A DNA stretch of 63,987 bases, filler included, from Reclinomonas americana ATCC 50394 (taxonomy: Eukaryota): assembly GCA_048213135.1 (NCBI GenBank). It is 11 parts of 11 records of this genome, joined end to end, with 100 filler letters (N's around TTAATTAATTAA, not from the genome) between each part and the next. Parts side by side here need not be neighbours in the genome. Positions count along the whole stretch, not along the records: positions 45,346 to 57,270 come from AFZH01017650.1; positions 57,371 to 60,025 come from AFZH01017653.1; positions 60,126 to 61,859 come from AFZH01017654.1; positions 61,960 to 63,987 come from AFZH01017655.1; 7 more parts are not named here. The stretch is one strand, 5' to 3'. Numbering within the stretch: the first letter of the stretch is position 1; every line of letters begins with the position of its first letter. A program made the position numbers and the translations under genes. Positions 54,692 to 63,987 of the stretch are shown piece by piece. The notes under the pieces are model-generated. The model saw only the letters and a list, made by a program, of their open reading frames with translations, made no database searches and was not told the DNA's origin.

Positions 54692-55715
54692 ATGGAAGAG
54701 CGTCGTGAGTTCTTTGGCGGTGCGCTCAGCGCCACTCTGCCCACTCGATTCCTCGATTACAGGTCTGCAGTCTCTTGCTCGCTGTCTCTCTCTTGCCCCT
54801 CCTCTCACACACTCACGCACACTGCTGTGACCACAAATGTAGCGACTTTCGTCAGATTCCCGATGCGCAGGTTTGTGTGTTGCAGGATGTCATGAACACG
54901 AGAGAGAGAGAGAGTCCATTTGCTGAGAGCCTCTCTGTGCAGGAAGTGTGGGGCGACGTGTCGCTCGATCAGAGCCTGATCGTGGAGGTGCTGGAGATGG
55001 AGGCACACGTGCCGGCCACTGCTGCACTTGCCGAGTTGCGTGTGTGCTCTGCCTCTTCAAATCGCATCCAAGATACTCATTTTACGCAGGCATCACTTCC
55101 GCGACTTGGCGCACGCCAACGACGATGCGGAGCCGCAAGTGATCTCGTGCTTGGCGGCCACTGCTGAGCAGGCGCCGCATCTTGCGTTGCGTGTTGACAC
55201 ACTTGTCTCTGCGAGTGTGTTCGGTATTCTGATGGATTGCATGCAGTGAGTTCCCCGTCTTCATCTTGCTCGGCTCGCAGCACGTGAGCAAGTATCGCGA
55301 GGAAGCCAAGAACAAAGTCTGCATCTTTCTGGCCGTCATCCGCCTGCAGGCTGTTGCGTGCGCGCGCCTCTTGTTCGTTTTCCGAGTGTCCCGTTTCTAA
55401 TGGCCTCATGTCGTGTAGCATCACACCGACCTGCTGCTGACGCTCAATGCACCGACGTATATCCACCCGCAGTCCAGCTCCTTCCAGGCCATTGATCGTG
55501 ATATCGCCGAGGGCCATCGCGGTGCGTGTCGCTCGACGTCGTCGTCTTCACTGACATGCATGCATTGATGTGCTCATGCCCCTGCAGCCATCGACATGAA
55601 CGAGGCGGAGCAGGTGTTTTTCACTGCGCTGCGCACGCTGCAGATTCACGACTTTTCGCTCTTTGGCGGCGGCGAAGGCGAGGATGCCGACGGAGAGATG
55701 GCCGTGGATCGCTGA
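54692..55715 (+). CDS. MOG1: Ran guanine nucleotide release factor Mog1
   Basis: Spliced: MEERREFFGGALSATLPTRFLDYSDFRQIPDAQEVWGDVSLDQSLIVEVLEM..HHFRDLA...LAVIRLQHHTDLLLTLNAP...TLQIHDFSLFG. Confidence 0.9.
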
Positions 55716-55928
55716 AAATAGAGATTTGACGGTCATCGCTGCCATCCACCAGCCGCGCTGTGCAGGCCAGCGCACAGAGACTTGAATAGCATTTAGTCAG
55801 AAAGAGAGAGAGAGAAGGAGGAACACACTCCTGCTTGTGAGAGAGAAAGAGAAAGAGACCGTGAAGTTCGAAAAAATGAAACGCGTGTCACGTGTCAGTC
55901 TTCTTGTTGCATTCACCAAACCGCGAAG

Positions 55929-57270
55929 ATGGCGTCTCCACCACCACCGCCCTTCGTGCACCCGCAGCTATCACCGCTTCCCTCGGCATCATCACCACCA
56001 CCTCTGTCACCTTCACCACTGTCCGCAGAATCTCCATCCTCGCACACAGTCACCACTCATCACCACCACCACCATCACCATCATCACCACACTGACGGCG
56101 ACGACGATGACCCGTTTGTGCGCATTCCACTGTACTCTCTCAACGGCAGCTCTACGGCACCATACGGCGACGCAGTCGATGGACACTTCCACGCTGATGA
56201 TGATGATGATGGCAGTGATGAGGAGGATGTGCATCGACGAGGCAGGGGGTCGCGTGTGCCACTGATGAGGAGAGAGGAGAGCGATGTGACGATGCCACGC
56301 AGCAATGCGGTGGTGTCGGCCACCAGCAACAGTGCAGCGGCGGGCGTGGTGCATCGCAGCGATAGCACTGGTGGTGGTGGTGGTGGCAATGGCGAGTGGC
56401 CAGCCAGTGTGCAGCATGGGCGCTACATTGGCAACGGTGCCAGCTACAGCACGTCGAGTTGGAGTGTCAGCAGCACGGCGCGGAGGGCTGGCGAGTCGCA
56501 GATGTGAGTGTACCCTTGCCAAGTCGCTTACAACTCCCTTTTCTCTGACAGGCACTCTCTCTGTTTGTGGCAGGATGCGTGAGGCTGGAAGACAGATGGG
56601 TGCGTGATCTGCTTGTCATCCTCCACCGACGGTGACTGACGTGGTTGGTGTGGTGGCAGACCTGTTTGGACGACTGGGCTTTTGGGTGTCGCACTCGTAC
56701 TGTTTGATTGTGCTGCTCACGGTGTCGTACTCGCCGCTGCGCGAGGCCATCACCAAGCACAACGACTACTGGCCACTGCTCATCCAGCTCGTTCTGTTCG
56801 GCCTGACCATGTACTTTCACATTTCCTGCTCGCTGAATCGAAGGCCATACAACAACGAAGGTGGGCGCGTGTCACGCGTGTGGTGGCTCTGTTTCCCTCA
56901 CTCAACACTTCGTGCGAGTGCAGAGCTGGCCGAGTTGGACGTGGATCCGGAGGATGGTGCGTGTTCTCGATGCGAGGCGCCGAAACCGATGCGTGCCAAG
57001 CACTGCCGCATGTGCGGCCATTGTGTTCCACGATACGACCGTTGCGATGTTGTCGTACATGCCACACGCCAGCAACACAATCTCTCACATTGGTTCCGGT
57101 GCAGATCACTGCCCCATTGTCGGCAACTGCGTCAGTGAGCGAAATCACATGCTGTTTGTCGGCTTGCTGTTTGTGGAGATCTTCCAGGCACCGTACACGT
57201 GCTACGAGGTGCGCCATCGACACTTTCGCGTGGTGGCCTTTGGTTTGTGTTTTTCACCAGTGGCGCATGC
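55929..57270 (+). CDS. DHHC palmitoyltransferase (3'-partial)
   Basis: [41 protein letters not shown] after removing intron 57041-57104. TM helices upstream. Confidence 0.93.
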
Positions 57271-57553
57271 NNNNNNNNNNNNNNNNNNNNNNNNNNNNNN
57301 NNNNNNNNNNNNNNTTAATTAATTAANNNNNNNNNNNNNNNNNNNNNNNNNNNNNNNNNNNNNNNNNNNNGAGAGAGAGAGAGATGGGAAGGTCGAAGAA
57401 GAGAAAGAAAAGAGAGAAGAGAGAAAAGGAGAACAAGAACACGAAGAGAAGAGAAAACTTACCACACAGTTTATTTCTGTAGAAACAACGAGTGAGTCGG
57501 ACTTGCAGCAACAAGAGAAGAAAGTGCAGCTGTGACGCAACATGAGTTTGGGC

Positions 57554-60025
57554 TTACTCCTTGGAAAATGAGTTCAAGGGCCTCTTGGGCCGCTTGTTTG
57601 AGTTGGATCGGCACTTACTCGCCGATTGCGACCGTCCAGGTATACGTACAGATGGGGCACTCGAACCCTCACTGCGAACGAAGGGAGACAACAATGAGGA
57701 CAGCCTCAACACAAAAGAGCACAATGCATGGGAGGGATCACATCCAGTGGCACGCACGGTTGCTGTTGGTGCTCGACAAGTGTTCCTGCAGGTCGCGATG
57801 CAGATTGCAATTGAGCTCGACCAGTTCGAGCTGCAATCCTGGCCGATTGCCTCATCCCTGCGGGCGGTGACGGCTCCACGACCTGCGCGAACACGTGTTG
57901 GAATGTACAAGAGAGGAATGAGAGCATTGAGAAGAGTACCTCCTCCTCCTCCCCCCCCTTCCACTCTCCGTCCTCCTCCTCCTCCTCCTCCACCACCTCC
58001 TCCTTCTTGTTCTTCTTCTTCTTCTTGGTCTTCTCCGACGTCGACTTCTTGGCCCGCTTCTTCTTCGGCTCTGTCTCCTCCTCATCCTCCTCGCCCACCG
58101 TTGATCGGGGACGCTTGCAATTGGCGGGCAACTGCAGCGGCACACTCTGCAGCACCAAGCCGCTCAACAGAATGTTCCACGCACCACGAGCGTCACGGAA
58201 CACCGTTTTGCCTTCCAGCGGGCACCCCTCAGTGTTGCACACGATCGTCTTGTCGCTCCCCACCTTCTTCCCTGTTCCGCAACCCGGGCAGTGCATAGTC
58301 GATCCCGCCTCCGAGAGTGATAGCACCAACAGCTCAACGAACGACGCATCCTGTTGAGATAGCACTCTCGTCTTGGCAGCCTGTGCACACACACCGGGAG
58401 AGAGGGAGAGAGAGAGAGAGAGTGAGACAGTGAGAAATCAAGGCAATTTCCGATCGGTCTGTTGATTTACGTACGCACCAACGCTTCCGCCAGCTTCTTC
58501 ACCACGCCAAAGCCAGAGTACTGCATCTTCAGCACAGTGTCGCGTCCGATGCATCTGTCCTGCCACTCTTTGCGATAGTCGACCCACTGCCGTTTCTGCA
58601 TCATGTGCGCCATCTCCTTTGAAAATGGTGGCAGGATGAGAACCGCGTTGACAATGGCCGCCCTGCGTGGTTGACAGGCGCAGGTGAATGAGACACCACC
58701 GCTTGCAATCACCACACCATGCTCATGCACTCACTTGCGCACAAAGGAGACTGCGTTGTTGTACGCAGCGGCCTGCAATCGACGAGTGATGTTCGCCAGT
58801 CGCCGCTCAATCAACTTGCGTGCACGCGCGTCCACAATGCGACCATACGACGCAAGCTTCCGCTGCAGCACGGACTTTTGCTGGAGTAGCGGGAAAATGA
58901 CACGTGCCGCCCAATCCTTTCCATGCTCGTCGATCGCCCAGTTCACGCCAGCACCTGTGCGCGTGACATGGCGTGAGAAATGGTGGAGAACGGGGAGGGG
59001 GAGGGAGGGAGGGGACAGGCCAAGGGGAAAGGAGATGAGGAGAGAACAGCATGAAGAAGAAGAAGAAGAGAGGAGAAGAGGGAAGAAATGATCGATGCCA
59101 TGAGAAGAAACGGAACGGAGGTAAGGCAAGGGAAGAGAGTAGGAGAGGAGAAAAGTGATGAGCGGCGGAGTTAGCAACAAGAAGAGAAAGATGAAGAAGA
59201 GATGAGAGAGATAGAAAGAGAACAGAAAGAGAAAGAAAGCGTATTAATAGATGCATATGAGAGAGAGTAAGGAGAGATGAAATGAGAAAAGGGGAGGAGA
59301 GGAGTGAACGATGAGAGGAAATGAAGAGAGGAAAAAGGACGTCATTCATGCAGTCAATCCTGATACACGTACACACGCAAGAGAGCATGAAACCACTCTG
59401 GTACACACTCCCACATCCACTTTTGCCTCCCTGCCTCATGAGAACAACATACCAACGGTTGCCACTGTGGCGAATCTCCGCACACCATAGTCAACGCCCG
59501 ACGCACAGAGCGTGAGTGCCTTCCAGATCGCTGAACCCACGTCGCACGCTCGATGGCTACCGCCGCACCGGTGAGGCGGCGATCCACACACCAAACACCG
59601 CGATACGTTGCCTTTTGCGTCGACAAAAAACGCAAAGCACATTTCATCGCTGTCAGATGCATCGGCCTCCACCGCCGGCTCCGCATCGCCGCCACCTCCA
59701 CTTCCACTTCCACTTCCACTGCCCTGGTCGTCTCCACCTCCACCTCCACCTCCACCTCCTGCACCACCACCGCTGTGAATGTCGGGTGGTTTCGCGCGCC
59801 TCCGTTTGCGACATCGTCCCTTGTGGCGTGCACGCCGCCGCACTTTCGGCTGTGCTGCGTTCATCGACGAGCGGAGATTCGCCAGCACAGAAAGAAGTGT
59901 TCGCCGGGCCTTTCGCGATTCTGCACGCATGCATCAGCACATCTGATCAGTGAAACAAGTTGTCCCACACGCAGCCAAAGTCAAGCTCACCATGTATTCG
60001 CTGCTGCCGTCGCGCAGCATAGTAA
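57554..60025 (-). CDS. Fanzor (eukaryotic TnpB-like) RuvC nuclease domain, Fanzor2-like, intron-containing, open at the 5' gap
   Basis: Exons 60025-59991, 59920-59453, 58954-58735, 58662-58479, 58380-57940, 57882-57758 and 57671-57554 splice in frame. Motifs: RuvC-I GVDYGVRRFAT, a long basic helix, ILPPF, LSEAGSTMHCPGCG, CNTEGC, and RuvC-III FRDARGAWNIL. Confidence 0.82.
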
Positions 60026-60125
60026 NNNNNNNNNNNNNNNNNNNNNNNNNNNNNNNNNNNNNNNNNNNNTTAATTAATTAANNNNNNNNNNNNNNNNNNN
60101 NNNNNNNNNNNNNNNNNNNNNNNNN

Positions 60126-60379
60126 TGCTGCTTCCACGTAAGCTGATCGCCGCGACGGGGGGCATCTGGATATGACGAGGCATGGGCGCAGCCACTTGCA
60201 AAGGCGACACCGACGTCACCGCCACCGGCACCGCGTCGATCGGCCTCTGTGCGCGGAACTTGGACGAACCGCGTCGCGCAGTCGAGGATGCCACCGACCA
60301 AGTGTGCCATGGCGCCGATTGCATCGCCGGCGACTGTGCACACCCATGCAACACGACATGAGTTTCGCAACAGAGAGAT

Positions 60380-60416
<37 letters not shown>

Positions 60417-61766
60417 TGGTCACCTTCGCCGAGAATCCCATCGGCATCCATTGCCACGCCATCGTGCATCTTGTCAGTGCGACCCCACATTAGAAGCGTA
60501 GAACGTTCACTCTCGATCGCGAGGGCATCTGTAATCGCGGCATTGGATGAGCACAGAGACAGAGGGGAGGGAGAGCGAGAGAGAGGACATGGAGAAGGAC
60601 AAAATGACAACAAGAGTGTGGGGGAGAGAAAGAGAGAGAAAGAGAGAGAGCGCAACTGTTGATCCTGGTTGTTGTGGAGTTATACTCCTCAAGATGAATA
60701 ACGGCAGTTTTGATCGCCGCAAACGACCGCAGGTCCCAGCGATGGGGATTGCGTTCCAGCAATGTCCGCATCCGCTCGGGCTCCAACGCAGCCTTCCGCA
60801 GCGCCAGATCCAACAACCGAAAACTGTCGCGCTCACCGTCGTCGCTGTCGAAACGGAACGGCAACTCGCCGAGTTGTGATTGGAGCACGTTGACCGGTAC
60901 GGTGGACAACACGCCCACGATGCGATGCATTGCGCCGATGATGGTTGTTGACGATGCGAGGAACCCTGCTGGAATCGCTTGTCGCAGCTGCGCGACAGCA
61001 AACTGAACCGGCCACGACTCCGCTGCCCTCGGCACCTGTTGCGACGAACTGGCGGCCGAGGTTGCGGCACCCCGTTCATCGCCATCGTCCGCCTCCATCT
61101 CCTCGGTTGCGCGATTAGCTGCCCAGGACCGGTACCGCAATTCCTCGACAAGAATGCGGACGGCCTCGTCGACGACGTTGCGCGCGTATTGGAGAACCGT
61201 GGCATGGTATGCCGACACACGGGCGCGACACGAAGTTGCAGCAGGCGACTGGCCCTTCTGTGCGTCTCGCATCGCACACGCCATGTCCAGACGGTAGGTG
61301 TTCCACTCTCGCACTACGATGTCGTAATGAGAGGAGAACGACGATCTGCTGAGTTGCTCCAGAACATCGCGATGATCGTCACTCGCGCCCTCCTGGATCA
61401 CTTCTGTCGCCAACGCACGCGCACACGCCAGCACCTTGTAGGTGACAAGCAGGGGGTCCTGCAGCAGCGCCGTCGAATTGTGTTCACAGAAGCCGGACCG
61501 TCCAAGTGCATCCAGCGTCACCAAGTATTGCTGCACCGTCCACTCAGCAGCCTCCGGATGTGAGCGCGGCAACAGGTGCTCGCGAACAACCGGGTTCCAC
61601 AGTGGCGAGTCGTTCAGCTCAAGAGTGGACGGCGGCGAGCCCGGCGGCCGCTCTCGCAATTCACGCTCCAAGGCCGAAGCAACGGGAGTGGCCTGTGCCA
61701 GTGGTATCGCTTGTTTCTCGACAGATTCTGCGCATGGGCGTGAGTCGACGACAGCCAAAAAATATC
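60126..61766 (-). CDS. Internal exons of an unknown protein, probably the upstream part of the Fanzor-like gene
   Basis: Exons 61766-60657, 60528-60424 and 60333-60126 splice in frame with no stop and run open into the gap. Confidence 0.65.
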
Positions 61767-61783
61767 CTGCACTACGAAAGAAT

Positions 61784-61784
<1 letters not shown>

Positions 61785-61859
<75 letters not shown>
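61785..61859. repeat. (CA)n microsatellite at the assembly break, intronic
   Basis: Pure CA run that continues on the other side of the linker (61960-61970). Confidence 0.95.
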
Positions 61860-61978
61860 NNNNNNNNNNNNNNNNNNNNNNNNNNNNNNNNNNNNNNNNN
61901 NNNTTAATTAATTAANNNNNNNNNNNNNNNNNNNNNNNNNNNNNNNNNNNNNNNNNNNNCACACACACACATACACAC

Positions 61979-63987
61979 CTCGCTCAAACTGGTACGTGCT
62001 GTCCTCCAACGCATTCTGCAGGGCCAACGAAAGCGACTGCACAACGGCGCTAGTTGCCCGACGCACACCGCCATGTTCAACCAGCATTCGGAAGGCATCG
62101 TCGCCCTCGCCAAGCAGCCAAGCGCGGGCAGAGTGAAGTAAATCACAGAAGGTCTTCACATTGCCACCAAGGCAATCGTCGGCACTGTGCTGAGCATCTG
62201 TGGCTGCAACACCGGGTGAGCGAACATCATGAAAACCACGTGCACAATTAATGCTTGCACTGCAGGGCGACCACGCACCCCAGAATGATGAAGAGAATGT
62301 GCTCATCACGCTCAGTTGCAGTGTGAGGAATGCATGCGCTACGCGTCGCCGGGACAAGTGATGCTGCTCGTTACGTCGGTGCTCGTCTCCATAGATCGTG
62401 GCCACGTGCGCCAACACTTCCATGAAATCGCACTCGATGAATCGTAGCAGCTCGAAGACGTTACAGCTAGCGCTGATTGAGGAGTCCGCAGCTGAATGTG
62501 TGTGCGCCTGAGCGTGATCAGGATTGCCGGCTCCGCTTGCTGAGGAAGAGAGAGAGAAAATGAAACAAAGAGTGAGACAAGAGGATTGGTTCAATCGCCT
62601 CGAGGTGTGAGCAGATGAAGCAGAACGAGTGAGGGGACAGATCTGGAGTAGGACAGTGTGACAGAATATGATGAGGGAGAGAGAAAAAGACAATGGCGGG
62701 AACGAGAGACGGCATGAGGGAAAGAGGGAAAGTGGGAGAAACCAGAACAGAACAGAGAGAGACAGTACTAGTGCGCAACAGTTGTGAAGAGACTCGGACT
62801 GATAGAAGGAGAAAGAGAGAGGAACAGAGAGACAAGGGGAACGGAGGGAGACATGAGAGACAGTATGCCAGACAGAGAGAGAACGAAGGAGAGTGCGTGG
62901 GACAAATGGAGACAGATGACAGAGAGAGTGAGATGAGTGACAGTGGACTTGTGTGTGCTGGAGAGAGAAAGAAGTAGGAAACAAGTGGGGCGTGCGACAA
63001 ATAGGAGAGCAAAAGAGATAGAAATAGGAAACAAGGGAGACATTGTGAGAGACAGTGTGTGAGAGATGAGAGAAAGAAAGAAGGAAGAGAGAGAGGGGGC
63101 CGGCAGTAGCAGTAGACAAAAATCAGTGTGAGAAAGTCTGTGTGCGATAATTGAAGAACAGGAGAGAGAGAGAGACACGGGCGTGAGACCGAGGGATAAA
63201 GTGATGAATCGAAGAAGCCGACAATGACGAGAGAGAAAAAAGGACAGTACGACATTCGAGTGAAGGAAAAAGAGGGAGACAGCTGCAGAGTGACAAACGA
63301 GAGAAAGAGCAAAAACAATGCCCATGCCACTGCTCACCAGCGCCGGCAATGGTAATCAACGAGCGCAAGTCCGCCAGGGCCTGTGCCAACGACGAGGGTC
63401 GACGGCGACAATCGCCGTCACCAATGTGTGCGCCACCAAGCTCCATGTTTCGCAGCTCCCGAACGTGACTCCACTCAGACGAAGCGTCAGCCAAGCGTTT
63501 GGCGACCTCCGCCAAGCACAGTGTCCGCCCGTCGAACTGCACCGCCAGCTGTGGAACCGTGGCCGGTCCGTCGAGAAAATCGCAGGGCAGAAGAAGAGAG
63601 AGCGCTCTCAGGTCGGCGTCATGGAGTTGTTGAGTCAGCGCAAGCGCACGTGCCATGCCATACAGTTCCTGCATGTGCATATCGATCCGCCGTCGCAGAG
63701 CGTCCTCATAGTTGATGATGAGTAGAACTGGCGGAGTCATCCCTCCGCCGTCGGCCTGCGATCCACCAGCGAGATCGTGGAGCAACTCTGCATACAAGCG
63801 CAGTACGTATACACAAGTGAGACCACAGAAACAATTACATGTAAAACAAACAATTGCAAATTTAAACGCACCCGGCGAGAGCGCGCTGCGCAGCCCAGCG
63901 CAAAACTGAATGACCTTGCCGAGCACAAGGGCACACCGGCCATCCAATTCCGCGCTGTGCTCAAGCATCGGAGGCTGCCGCTTCCCG
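61979..63987 (-). CDS. Exons of an unknown protein, open to the window end, probably the same gene as 60126-61766
   Basis: Exons 63987-63872, 63787-63338 and 62539-61979, all with phase-1 junctions. Includes a 798-nt CT-rich intron at 62540-63337. Confidence 0.6.

Noticed and set aside
57371..57553. Short stems downstream of the Fanzor stop as a defined omegaRNA
   Set aside because: Only 4-bp stems are visible, which is too weak to annotate. It is kept as an open question in the findings.
62518..63349. Leu/Ser/Phe-rich ORFs resembling membrane proteins
   Set aside because: They are translations of a stop-poor CT-rich intron bounded by phase-matched splice sites.

Overview
Eukaryotic genomic DNA, GC-rich, gene-dense and intron-rich, from a flagellated organism (CFAP52 is present; I cannot name the taxon). 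It consists of 11 pieces joined by artificial 100-nt N/TTAATTAATTAA linkers. Several linkers fall in frame inside genes, so they behave like scaffold gaps. Manual splicing (GT-AG, standard code) gives about 25 genes. These include a CAP-Gly protein, a PARP-like/B-box protein, an ankyrin protein, a SWEET transporter, pyruvate kinase, an M20 peptidase, a RimL-like GNAT, an IPT/TIG protein, a PARG-like macrodomain, a RanBP9/10-like protein, RPS9, NIP7, CFAP52, a Faf1-like protein, reticulon, a TPR protein, MOG1 and a DHHC palmitoyltransferase. The best finding is a spliced Fanzor/TnpB-like RNA-guided nuclease domain on the minus strand (57554-60025), with all three RuvC acidic residues and a zinc finger. 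Its reading frame is phase-compatible across two gaps with an unrecognised upstream region, which suggests one protein of at least ~1,380 aa with ~1,000 aa before RuvC-I. A second window-wide signal is frequent use of atypical GTTGCG/GTTGAG 5' splice sites. All family assignments come from motif recognition by eye; no database search was run.
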